DNA of 56,755 bases, the filler included, from Platydemus manokwari (taxonomy: Eukaryota), in the NCBI GenBank assembly GCA_037951405.1. It is 5 parts of 5 records of this genome, joined end to end, with 100 filler letters (N's around TTAATTAATTAA, not from the genome) between each part and the next. Parts side by side here need not be neighbours in the genome. Positions count along the whole stretch, not along the records: positions 22,148 to 35,983 come from JBBMOY011601408.1; positions 36,084 to 45,836 come from JBBMOY011209543.1; 3 more parts are not named here. One strand, given 5' to 3'. The position numbers were made by a program, and so were the translations under genes. Of this stretch, positions 26,060 to 39,330 are shown in pieces (positions within the stretch are counted from its first letter, which is position 1; every line of letters starts with the position of its first letter). The notes under the pieces were generated by a model, which did no database searches, was not told where the DNA came from, and was given only the letters and a program-made list of their open reading frames with translations.

Positions 26060-28650
26060 CAAATGCCGCTGATCTGATTAGAATGCTCACTTCGGTTCGC
26101 ACTGCTATCCCAACCAACGACACTTCCAGATTTACTCCGAAGAAAGTCATCAAACCATCAGTTCTTCATCTAATGGATGAGTCATCCTCTGACTACAAAC
26201 TGAGAACCCAATTCCAAACTGAGCCAAAGAAACCCTTCAAAATATTATGCCCTCAACCAGTCCTACAGCGACTCCTTACATCGAAGACATCATAACTCAC
26301 TACTCGAAGCCAATACCGAAACCGCTACCAAACAACTACTGCTCGCCAATACCAAAACATGAGGACAATTCGAACCTCAAAGAGATTTCGCTCGCTGAAA
26401 TCGCAAATATGTTCGCCAAACTTGCAAAATCCTCATCTGACAATGATGGGATCACGTACAAAGATTGAAGACAGCAAGACCCGCACCATCTTTACCTCCA
26501 ATCTCTATTCAACAGGATACTAAAAACAAAAATCATCCCAAACCAGTGGAAGGAATGTAATACTAACTTGATAATTAAACCAGGCAAGCAAGACCTATCT
26601 CATCTCCCAACTTCGTGAGGACCAATCGCGCTTACGGATACTTCATATTGAATATTCACCACGATCCTCAACCTCAGATGTCTCAAATGGATCGATGCCG
26701 GCAACTTACTTTCTCCAAATCGAAAAACAATGTTCTCTTCTGTCGGATGCGCTGAAAACAAGGCTTGCCTATTCTCGCTACAGGAATATGCATCACAAGA
26801 GAACAAAAACCTCCATCTGTGCTGGATCAACCTCAAAAAAGCTTTCCCAAGCCTGCCCCACCATTTCATCTGGTATACACTCAAATTGATGGGCTGCAAC
26901 TCTCACTATATCGAAATTATCCAGGCCTTATACGAAGACAGCAGAACCACATACATTTGCAGGATGATCAAGACTCCACCAATACCGATCCATCGTGGTG
27001 TCAAACAAGATTGCCCCTTGTCAATGACACTGTTCTGCCACTCAGACGACTCTATTCTACGCTCATCATCGGATATTCCAGAACAGCTAACAGTCCACAA
27101 AATCCAATTCTCCACACTGGCATACGCTGATGACATTGTCATCTTAGCAAACTCTAGAGAAAACTTAGAACACAGGCTCAACCACATTATCAACGCAACA
27201 AACGAAATTCAACTCACAATCAACGCCAACAAATATGGATACTTCACTAAAAACAGCGACTTCACCCATCACAAAAGTTCGCAGTGTTCAACATCTTCCT
27301 GCACTCTCGGCTTCCCTTCCACCTCCGGACTCAGCAAGTGGCAACAGCAAAACTTGATTCCAGGACCTTGATGACTAATAAAGACAACGAACTTGAACAA
27401 TCTTTCGGCAAGAAAATACGTCAAATTCTCACGATGGACGGGTCGAACTCTAGCAACAACTTCTTAATGTATGCCCCGGCTAAACTCAGTGAAATTGCAC
27501 TAACCACCTCACTCATGGAATACTGTATCCAAAGTGTAGTTGGAGCTTTCAGATTCTTAACCAGTCCAGACCACCAATTCAGAGCCTTCATCAGTGACCA
27601 CATCAATTATATAGTCAAACACAGGACTTAGGAATATTGTGATCTCAACACCGCCCTTCTATGGATCTCGAACAAGTTAAACACTGATAAACCCAGCTCA
27701 TCCTCAACATGGTGGACCAAAACCCGATTTGCAATTCGGAAGATGAGCACTATTAGGATTGACATCCAATTCTACCAACACAACGCGGAGATCCTTCTGA
27801 AAGTTACAATCGAAGAAGATCAAACCTACCATTTCAATTTCAATAACAGAGGCAAACTATCAAATATTCTACACGACTAAGTTTCGATGAACCATTACAA
27901 GGAGTGGTCGGCTTGACAAAAGCTTCTCAGCCTCGCATCTGTCTCAGAAGCCAATGAAAAGCCGCCACCTCTCACCTGAAGTATGGATATTTGTCCACCA
28001 AGTACCAGGACCTGCATCAAAAAGACATGCTGTAATTTTCAACCACTTCGGACATTATCTCAGCTAGTAAGGCTATGACACGGACATCGACACAAGTCCG
28101 CCGAAAGTCAACGCAAAACTCAGACCTCACCTAATTATTAGGAACAAGGCAAAACGTCATGCCTATATCGTGGATCTGAAAATTCCATTCGACATCGCCG
28201 ACAATTTTAAGAGGCACAAATTACTAAACCTCGAGAAATACAGGTCAATTGCCTCCGATATCAGGATCAGAACTTGCTATGAAACCAGCTTAGACGTACT
28301 TTGCCTCGGAGTGCTCGGGACCCAAAGAAGAATGGGACCCAAAAATCGGCTTCGACAAAGCCTGAATCACATTCATCGCTAGATTCCTGATAAACTCATT
28401 GCAAAAGACGCCTTCGCCACCTACAAGGCTCACACGGATATGCGAAACCTCAAGCATCCATCATGGAACAGGGCCTTCAAACAACTCACCGGCCTTAGCA
28501 ATGATTTCAAAGAGAATCGACAAGAACCATAAGGAACCTAACTAGGAAATCTTCTTAAGGAAATATCCGAAGACTTCGGAAATGTATATATTATAAAAAT
28601 GATGTGAGGATTGTGTCAACGCATGTTTATGTGAAATAAATTTTATTTTT
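26060..28650 (+). mobile_element. 5'-truncated, decayed non-LTR retrotransposon with RT and restriction-like endonuclease (NeSL/R2/R5-type)
   Basis: Higher GC block. RT motifs DGITY, PIAL, GCAEN, WINLKKAFPSLPH, RGVKQDCPLS and LAYADD; REL motifs RPHL.I / YIVDLKIPF / EKY; many stops and frameshifts; AATAAA near 28636. Confidence 0.9.
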
Positions 28651-28689
28651 TTTATTGAGCGGGGAAATTTGCTTTTCATTTGTCAACAT

Positions 28690-29500
28690 TAACAATAAAG
28701 GCTTTTGGTAAAAAAGCTGGATGGAATGAGCATTATTTTGCAACTGTATAAAGTTATATAAAAATGTTGCTGAGTTTAATTGAATATACCAATTATGATG
28801 ATTTAGTTAAAAAGGCTATGACAGTTGCGAGGAATTCGGATATATTAAGAAGTCAACTTTGAAGTCATGCAACAGGAGTAGAGACTACGCATATCGGCAA
28901 AATTGAAAGACCACACAATTACGCGATGGACGAAACATCAAGAGAAAATTGGAATAAAAGCTACACGAACTCAAATGTGAATCATAGAAAATTTCCAATA
29001 AATAGTCCTAGAGTCTTGAGAAAATCAATAACATGTTTGATTTGCGGAAGAATGGGCTAACTATGCGAACAAATGCAAATCCGGACTCGAATTAGAGAAA
29101 ACGAATTTAAATAAAAAGAAATGCCCAATATAATGCTCAAATTGCGAGAGAATAGGTCATTTGCTTATAATTGCAAATCAAGAACACCATCCAAATACCC
29201 ATCTTGGGACATAGTGAATTCAGAAGAAACCATTAAATATTTTCATTTGGTAATTTAGGTCACCGAGCCTGATCTTGTTCAAGAAATCAAGAAAAGTTCA
29301 ACAAACCTGAAATTAACAAACGAATAAGTTTTAGAGAAAATCAATCTAAACTTAATGCAACGATTCCAAATGACACTGATTTTTTAGAAAATTGGGAGAC
29401 AGAGATGTCGGAAATTCAAATGAAATCGAGTCTTTTAGCTAACGAAATGGAACCAAATGATGATTCATATAACTTATTTGATATTAATGAAATTATTAAT
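28690..29500 (+). mobile_element. Decayed LTR-retrotransposon gag remnant with two CCHC zinc knuckles
   Basis: TCLICGRMG*.YANKC (about 29032-29077) and CSNCERIGH..YNC (about 29134-29175), both frameshifted. Confidence 0.65.
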
Positions 29501-30293
29501 ATTACTGGTAGATAAAAATTAGTTTTGTTTTAATATTAAAAGAAACGCGTGTGAATTTTAAATAAATAAATTTTAATGGAAGCAACTGATGTTTTTACAA
29601 TAACTAATATTAATATTGCTTTAAGTTTAAGTTTCAAAATTTTTCCATGATTTTTTTTCCAATATTATCATTTTTATTGGAATTATAATTTATCGAATAA
29701 CATTTCCCGAAATGGTAATCAATTTCCATGTTTAATATTTACCCAAACTTGTCTATTATTAGCCATATTTTATTACATTAATTTCATTAAATATTAATAA
29801 TAATACATAAATTATAAAATATATGTAATTAATAAATAAAATACTAATAAATTAAAGGACTTGCCGATATTCACATTGTTTTCATTATTTATTTAATTTT
29901 TTTTATTTTTACAAATATCATTAAAGATAAAATAATAATGACGTAATGATCGACAGTGGAACCACTTAAAGAAATATTCTTAACAATGAATTCGAAACCC
30001 AACCATAACCCACGAATAACAAAGAAATTATCACGATAAAGCCTAACATATGAAATAAGAAAAACAAAACAATAAACTGTTAAAATTAATAGGTTTAGCT
30101 TTTCATGACACTAACTGAATCTTCCAATGAAAAGTCTACAATTCACTATAGAAATTACAACAAATTTTTAAAATAAAAATAACCAATCGCAAATAATACC
30201 GCTCTTATAAATAAATCTGAACGTTTCATGTGGTCATTTAGAAAATTCAGACAAAACATTAAACTTGTAAGACTTTTTCATTGACTTTATTAA

Positions 30294-30364
30294 CACATTG
30301 ACGGACAGTAGGAACAAATGAATTTCAAAATTGACGGTTATAGACGCAAGTGTCCGTCAACGTG
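30294..30364. mobile_element. Tiny piggyBac-type MITE (71 bp)
   Basis: TTAA-CACATTGACGGACA ... TGTCCGTCAACGTG-TTAA; 13/14 TIR match with TTAA target duplication. Confidence 0.75.
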
Positions 30365-32382
30365 TTAATTGATTTTTAAAACTTAAAATTAAATTTATTT
30401 GTTTATCTTTAATATTTAATTATCATCATAACTTCATAAGAAAACAATCTCAATCAATTAATAAACTATTTATTCCTTTTCAAGTTATTTTCTAGTAAAT
30501 TTAGATTTTTATTTGATAATTATTATTTTATTATAAATTCATTAATTCATTAGTAATTACGACTTGATTTAGAAATACCATCACTATGTCACTATAATTT
30601 CAAAATGTCATCTTTATTAGTTCTTAATATTGATTGAACTAAACATTAAATTAAAAAATAGAGATGTTTAATGACATCTTTAATTTTATAACTTTCAATA
30701 CAGCAATAATTAATAAATCAAGAATGGAAATTAAAAAAATATTTATTATTTTTATACTTTATTTAAAAATAAATGCAAATAATTTATTTCAAATAATATT
30801 TATTCATTTTTATATAATTTTCATTTTTAGTTTCACTAATTATGATTGTCATGATAATTTCAAAATAAGGAAAAAACTCATTCATAAAAACACATTTTAT
30901 CAATGCTTATACATTTTAAATTTAAGCTGCCAATCAGTCAAAATAATGGATTACAGATTTTTTGATTTTAAAATTTATATTTATAATAATAATAATAGTT
31001 TTCAAATATTGATATCATTTTATATTATATTCAACTAAATATAATAAATCAGATATCTATTTGATAAAATTTTAATTTTGATGGTATTAAATTTATTTTA
31101 TAAATCTAATCATAATATTAATAATAGCTCTACTGATCTAGTGTTTTATTAAAGTCAATACAAGTTCTCAAAATCATATCAAATTATAAAATCACGAGAC
31201 ATGACACATCACAATTTCATCATAAACGATTCAATCCAGATTTATCAACAAAACACATCCAAATCTAACTAAATGAAAATTATTTTTCAACACAACAATA
31301 TCAAATATTTATTCCTAATTTTTCCAATTATTCTCACTTGATTTGAAAATATATGCGACAACTTGAGTTTTATTGAAATATGTATTATAGATTGTATCAA
31401 ATTATTTATCAAATCATTTATCGAAACTCATTTATATTATTAATTATCAAATAAATTTCAAATAATATTTCACATATTAAAAATCTACAATATCATACCC
31501 CCCACATTCAAATAACGACCAATTAATTATACAACAAATCACATTTCTCTGATCAAGATTTCATCACAAACTGACAAAACTAGTAATCAAATTCATTCCT
31601 TTTTTATAAATGCCGGTCTATCATTTATTAAAACAAGATTAAAATTTTATGTAATTTTATTTTAATAAAATCATAAATATTTTTATCATTTCGTTTTAAA
31701 TTATTCTTCATCAATATTTTCACAGATGGTTATTCTACATTATTATAATTTTCTCGTCGTTAATTATTAATTATTATTATTTATATTTTCGGTTTAATTT
31801 CATTTGATAATGTTTTCAAATGTTTATTGTTTATCAAATACATCAAGCAAATCCAACCGATTAATTCATGTCTTCTACATCAGCATGATATGAGTTTCAA
31901 ATCTCAATGAAAATCTGAAATGAAAATCCTTTTTGCGAAAAAACATTGAAAAATCATTTGATAACATTTCTTAAACTTATTCAAGCCGCATTATTCGAAC
32001 TGTACAAGACATCAAATTCATTATTATTTACAAAATCAAATATCTTTTATTATTTAACAACGATAAACATTCATCGATGAGCTTTGTTGTTTGTTTTGTT
32101 GAGCATTTTATTCGAAACATCTAAGTAATGAGGAAATAAATTTGAACAAAATCATTGATTTATTGTTTGTGAAAATGTCAAAATAATCGACAAAGTAAAT
32201 TGAAATTATAAATGAGATTCATTAATTAATTATTAACTAATATATTTATTAATTAAATCTGGCATTCGTCTGCAATTGATATGATATTATTGATGATATA
32301 AAAGTTTTGCAATTTCTTATCGATGATTGAAAAGGAAATACAATATATCGATTTGAAAATTATTTTTCACTTTACAGGAAAA

Positions 32383-33335
32383 ATGAAACTCTTGATCAAT
32401 GTGGGATGTTTAATATTAATATTGATGATATCAAATCGATGGGTTGATGGATTTACATTGGGTAATGATTTCTTTGATTATTAACTGATAATAATTTGAA
32501 GAATATTTTATAATTAACTGCAATAATAATAATTAATATTCGAGCTATGGAATTATTGTATTTAAATGAATTAGAATTGTTATAATTTTTTAAAATACAT
32601 TTCGATTAGATTAGTAATTTAAAAATTAATCTTATCATATCTATCTTCATTGAAATATTTAAATCATTTGACAAAAGATGTCTAAAAATATTTGCATTTA
32701 TAATTCATATAAAATATGATTATCGAATTGATATCTAGCATTTGATATCAGATTTTTAAAATTATTTTTAATTCATTTTATTCATTTTCATTGCTACTAA
32801 CGATGGCATTAACGCAAGTTTTATGCGTTAAATCATAAATCTACAATTAATTTGTTTAAACCGATAGATGATATGAATATATTATATTTCCAATTCAAAC
32901 TTGATTAGTAAATACCCAATTTTAATATCTTTATTCTTACACGAGAAGTGGTTGACATTATTAAACTAGTAATTCTCAAAATGCAACAGTAATATTTATT
33001 TAATAATGTAAAATTGTTTTAATAACTACAATTAAATAAATAGTTAAATATAAATTTAAACCATAGATTTATTAATAATGGACAGTTTTCAATGCACGGT
33101 GATGGCATTGTTATCTTATAACATATATACGATATACATAGCTATGGTATAAAATGAATATATGTATTTAATTTATTTATATATTTATTTGTGATTACAA
33201 CTTACAGGAAAGGGATCATTAAATAAAAGACAACAATCTCCTCAAGTTAAGCAACCTGATCTTGTACGGGTATGGGTTCAAAAATTATATAAAAGATATG
33301 ATGTATTGGATGGTCATGCAAGGCATTCAGGATAA
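32383..33335 (+). CDS. Small secreted neuropeptide-prohormone-like gene; exons 32383-32461 and 33208-33335; 68 aa MKLLINVGCLILILMISNRWVDGFTLGKGSLNKRQQSPQVKQPDLVRVWVQKLYKRYDVLDGHARHSG*
   Basis: Signal-peptide-like exon ends at phase-1 donor G|GTAATG. The matching phase-1 acceptor CTTACAG|GA gives an exon with two KR dibasic sites and a terminal Gly before TAA. A TTTACAG acceptor lies 5 nt before the ATG. Confidence 0.72.
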
Positions 33336-36300
33336 GGTAAATGACAGGAAGCAATTAAAATGACAATGATTTCATGTGTTCTGGATTGATTGAAATAATA
33401 TTGTTTTCATTTTATTTATTAATAATAATTATTATTCGATATATTGGTAATTATATTATTATCAATATTATTTTTATAAAATATTTAATAATTATTTTTT
33501 ATAAATATTTTCAAAACAACTGAAGTGATTTCTCAGATTTTTAACAAATATTCTTTAATTTTGAATTATTTTGTTTATTAATATTTATTTAAAAATATCA
33601 CTGATAGGTCTCAATGATATTAATCAACAATAAATAATAATATTAATAATTAATAATATTATTATTTATATGTTCACAAGCGAAGTACAATTTTTCCTTA
33701 TCGCTGTCTAGCAGAATCGATTCATTGGCATCCATGTTTTACACGATATTCAACCAATATCCATTACAATACAAACACAATCTGTAAGCCAATTAAAACA
33801 AACTACTATTATAAATAATTGTCAAGTACAAAATTAATTGCAGTAAAATTGAAAAATAATAATAATTATATCTTCACTTGGTATCAATATCAATGTTCAA
33901 AGATTAGAGACAAATTGGAAAGATTTAAGATAAGTTGGAATTTTTGTGAAGGAATTTCTAAAACAATGAGTTTTAATTTATTGATCAATATCGATGTATC
34001 AACAGTACACCAAATTTAGATAGTTTAGTTCTATATCATTATTAGAATTAATAAAATAACTCATTAACATCCGATAGAATAATTCTGTTCTGGTTTCTAT
34101 GTTCCTTACTTAATGATTTGGTAATTGTGTTGCGTTATCAAACAACAGTTTAAATCTGAAAATCAGTATTAACTAGAATCATACACTGAAATCCTCAATA
34201 ATAACATCAACAAAGCTCTGCGCAATTTAGGAAGAAAATCATTCATGATGAGGCTAGTGCCCGAGAGTCAAAAATATAATGAAGAGTAATCAAAAATACT
34301 GATTACTGAAATCACACGTAAGCTAAGCACTAGGATTACCGATCAAAAAAGACTGGCGGGAATCCATTGAACTCAACCGATTTTATAGACCCATGAGATA
34401 TGTCGGATTGAGGTCACAGATCTTCGTTTTCAATTCACTGATTTAGTTTGTGGATCGATTTACTTGTCATTGTCGAATATTTGAGCTTGCTGCAATTTGG
34501 AGGTATGTGCCTGTCAATTCTCAGCTTCTAAATAGGATGAATCTAACATTAGGATGAATCTGATTGGTTTACGGTACGTGTGTTTATCGGTTTATTTTTA
34601 TTGACCCTTTTTAGGATTTTCCCTGGTACTTGTTATCATTTTGGTTGATTTGTGATACACTTAACAATTGCAATACACTGATCTGATCTTATTGAGTTTG
34701 TATTCTTTATCTGTTTGTCTTCGTCCAGCCTTTTGATTACCGTTTTTATCTGTATTTATTTATTCTGATCTGATTTGTCATTTTTATTTTCAATTTAAGG
34801 TTTTTTTTCAACCATATTCAGATACAATGAAAAACGAAAAAATTAACAAAATATGATGCTTTTGAATAATCTCAGTTTTCAGTTTAAAAAATTGCTATAA
34901 ATAGTTTTGAGACAATAAAAGAATATCATAATTAAGACAATATCATTGCTTGCAAAACAATCAAAAAAGATTTATTAAATCAGGATATCACTGAACTTTC
35001 TACATCTCTATTAAAATTAATTATTCGAAATCAGATAAAACAACAGTGAGTAATAGAAAAGGTAAAAAGAGATTTAAAAGCTATTAAAAATAAACAAGAA
35101 AATATAAATATAAATATAATTCAAAGAAACTTAATCAAGAAAATAAACTAAAAATTGTGTATATTAATTCTGATTTATTTATAGCAAATGGAGAAATATC
35201 ATCTGCACGCTCAATCACTTCATATTTAGAAATAAAGTTACCAGATTTCAACGCACATGAATTTTTAATAGTTGAACCAGATTGTACTACTTTTTAAAAT
35301 TAATGGAACTAATATTCCACTTTGCTTTTTCTCATTCTCTGTGATATCAAGCTGCTTTCAAACAGTTTTGTGACAACAATTTCTTTGGTACAAAGTTATT
35401 CCGACGTCTACCCTCGTAATCTAGTATATCGCTAGAAATTGGACAATATTAGACGTCATTATTCTACGATATATGAAATAAAACTATATTCATGAGGGTT
35501 TTCGTTGTCTTGATAGTATTGAAATATCCGTTACAGCTTATAATAAACAGTTCGATGTCATTCACTAGTAGACAAAGTTCAGAATATCACACATATGAGT
35601 GGTCAAAATATTACCAGTATCTTTATCCGCATTGAAATTGTAAAAATCTGTTATAAAAATCAAGTAGAAAATGTTTTTTATTATTTTATAATTAATCCGC
35701 TCGAAATTTTTCAAATACCAATCATTATAACAATGATGAAGCTCATTTAAGATTAAACACAGAATCAAAAACTATTTACAAGCACAGAATTAATCTTTTC
35801 CACTAGTTTAATAATCCTCATTTTCTTTGCGATAATAAAGCCTATTGTATGGATTTTCCTTTATTCACAATTTTTCCTATTATATATAGATCATTCTGTT
35901 TCGATTTTTTTTTACACATTACGTAAAAATGTTAAGTAATTTGTTTTAATGAATTGTTTTTTATTGACTGTAATTAACCATTTNNNNNNNNNNNNNNNNN
36001 NNNNNNNNNNNNNNNNNNNNNNNNNNNTTAATTAATTAANNNNNNNNNNNNNNNNNNNNNNNNNNNNNNNNNNNNNNNNNNNNGGCAATTAAATTGGTTA
36101 GTTTAAACAACAGCAAAATAAAAATAGAGTGACTTCGTACATTTTAAAGATTACTTTTAATTTTATATAAAATTAATTCAATGCATAATATTATTGTCGA
36201 TAACATTGCTAAAGTATCTAATTATGTTTTCAAAATGTTTCATGAAATGTCTAATTTTAACACAAATTATGAGGCTTATTGTGTCTAAGCATGTTAAAAA

Positions 36301-37713
36301 TAGTAATTAACAACTTATTTTATAGAATAGCATAAATGAAAACTAGGAAAAATAAATTTATTAATCTAGACAAAAATAAGGAAAAAATTCAATTTCTTAA
36401 TAATCCCTTCAAATTGTTTATGGACTTTTAAGCTTGATATTTTATCATTTTGCTTGTTACATTTCAATGTATTATTATCTCAATTATTCTCATCTTTGAA
36501 ATTATTTTTTGTCTTCCAAGGTTTTTTCCTCTTCGACTTAATTTGCGATGCAAGTCCTATTATTATTCGATTGTCCGTCGATGTTCATAACTTTTATTAT
36601 TGCGAAAATACGAGATTCTTATTTTGGACGGTAATTTCCCAGGTCCTGGACAATTTTTTCTTAAGGTAAATTATTTAAACATTTTTCTCAAATTTTTCAG
36701 TTGACATCTTTCAAGTCTGAAACTTATTTACCATATCTCGAGATTTCATGTTGAAGACTTTTATTCAAATTGATTTGATTTCAATTACTAATGGCAACAT
36801 GATGGCGAGATTGGGGTTTTCTTCAATTCCTGTATCAATTATATCTAGATAAAATTAGATTATTACGATTGGGTATTTAATCTTTCTTATTATTTAAAAT
36901 GTAACGAGAGATAAAGTAAATTGTTGAATTGACAGACTCGGGATAGACGAACCTCAGACTTTTATGATACATCTAAATGAAATATTAGAAGTATTAAATG
37001 GAAATATTAAAGAAGCTTTAAAAAGTAAAATACCGGAAAATATATTAATTAGCTGTATGATCCGTTTTGAAAAAAGCTCAGGACAACTTTGGAGTAATAT
37101 TTACGAGAGTAGTAAAATTTCGAATCGAAAAAGTGTGGAAAGCAAATTTTGTAAAGCAGTATCATATCTGATTATGAAAAGTAATGCTACTAATTTTGGT
37201 GTTTTTGTGATGAAAATCTTTTATACCATTAATGAAAAAAAGCAATGAGAAAATTTTTGATGTTCATGTTACAAATTTTTGAGTAAAATGGGTAAAAGTA
37301 AGACTGGACATATTTTCTACAATTATTGATATTATACGTCACATTTCAGGAAAAATGCTAAAAGGAGACAAATATTTAATGAGTTATATTATTGTGCCGA
37401 AAATTGGTAAATTGAAAATGGATACCTTGGCAAAAGCGAAATTCGATTTTAAAAAAGTATCATCAGTGGATCCTATTGATTTAGTTAAATCTTGAAAAAG
37501 TTGGATAAAATATAATGATTGTTTAAAAATTAAGATTTAGTATCATTGTTTGGGCCATATATTGAAAAATGTGTGCAGACTAATTTTATTTTCATATTAA
37601 ATTGGTTTTGGTTGGTGGGGGGGGGGTTAGTTTTTATTGTGAAGTGATATTCTCGCTTTCGCTTAGGTATTTGACGCGATTCAATCTAAATTCACTGGTC
37701 CTAAAGAGGATTC

Positions 37714-37826
37714 AACAACTGGTATTGGAGACCAAGCTGTTGGAAAACAAATTTAATATGTTGACTTTCAGATCGTAGCACAGAGAATCCGTTGTCTCTC
37801 TGGGCCTAGAATTATATGAGATTCAA
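37714..37826 (+). repeat. Dispersed repeat (second copy 55474-55560)
   Basis: CTGGTATT..AGACCAAG.TGT..GAAAA.AAATTTAATATGTTG...CTCTCTGGGCCTA in both copies. Confidence 0.75.
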
Positions 37827-38499
37827 AATCTGTCGTTAATTAATTAGTGTACAAAGGTTAATGAAAACTTAGATGACCAATTTCAGAGAAGCTTAAGAAC
37901 GAAGTGTTGATCACACTCACATATTGCACCTAAGAGTGTTTGGTTAATTATGGAATTTGGTATATGATTTCATCAATGGGGCTTAAAGGAAAATGTCTTG
38001 TCTGATTATTTTGGGGGTCTATTGTTTTCTTTTATTTTAATTTCAGAGTTTGAATTTTACTTGTTTTGGCAATATCTGAGTCTAATCAACTCTCTGAGTC
38101 TGTATCACCCACAGGTAATGACTAAACCTAATATTTTTGATATTCCTTCGCCTTGATCACACCATTCTGCGTATGAAGACTGGATGGGTTGCTCTAGATA
38201 TTGCTATAATTATTTATGTTATTTAACCTTTAACTACTTTAACTATATCTTGCCAAAAAGGTGATGAGATGATTTTTGATAATGATAATATTTACAGAAA
38301 ATGATTTGTGGAACCTAATGGCACTTGCCGATTTAATATCTAAAACCAATTTCCTTGATAACAAGTTTATTAATATAAATTACTACGGTTATATGAAGAT
38401 AACAATAAGCTTATAAATTACTACTTGTATACAATTAATAAAAATTAGATTTTACAAATACTTCTATGCACATAAAAGACAAGAGTTTAGACACAATTA

Positions 38500-39330
38500 T
38501 GGACAAAGCTCCGATTAACAATGTTCCCAAGAGAGGTAGAACCGACTACTCAAGATGTTTGGGATCAACCTTATAGATAGGAAGAATATGCGGTTGGGTA
38601 TAAATTATTAATAATTTCATATTTATTATATCTTACTTTACATTCCTATAGAATTGATGTTCTTCCAGTACGAGTACTGGGCATATACAAAGTCTGGATC
38701 CCTTATGCGCAATCGAATCCTCTTCCCGGATCGTAATACTGGTGTGATATATGAACGCGCTTTGAATAAAATAGCTATACGTCGATTCTGTCAATGTGTT
38801 GCTGTCCTACTGTTGTTATTGTGTTGTCGTGTCGTTTATTAATTGCAATAATTGCCATATATAGGCAGCGATGACTCATTCGTGGATATTTTCTGTGAAT
38901 ATTTATTTATTGTCATGCATATGTGTTTAATGCACTGTAAATTTTTAAGGCAGTGAGAATTTCTTTGCCATTAATTATACCAAGTCAGAGAGAAATTCTC
39001 TGTGATTATTTTATTCCATGGCTATTAAATTTAATGCAATATATTTATTTAATGCATATCTATTTATTTAATGCATGATATTTATTTAGTGCATAGCTAT
39101 TTAATTTATTTTAGGTGTATATTTTATCTGCAATGCGAGATAACGGATGTTAGATATTTATTGCGCGATAATGAATGTTAGACATTTACTGTGCGATAAC
39201 ACATTACGGGTTATTTTTTATTATTATTTTATAGGTATTTTTATTATAAAGGAGATTTTTGAAGGGTTTTTTAATTGTAATATTTTGAAGGATATTTTAA
39301 ACGGGTAATACAATATTATTTTGGGTCTAA
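38500..39330 (-). repeat. LTR-like dispersed repeat, copy 2, with about 19-bp tandem subrepeats (39030-39105)
   Basis: Reverse complement aligns to 20330-20960 (CAGATAAAATAT, AATAGCCATG, CAGTGCA.TAAAC, CCCAGTA.TC...TGGAAGAA). Confidence 0.65.

Noticed and set aside
33067-33146. Possible middle exon of the prohormone gene
   Set aside because: Inclusion shifts phase and stops after ERDH.
39030-39105. CRISPR-like short repeats
   Set aside because: Adjacent AT-rich tandem units without unique spacers; eukaryotic context, no cas genes.
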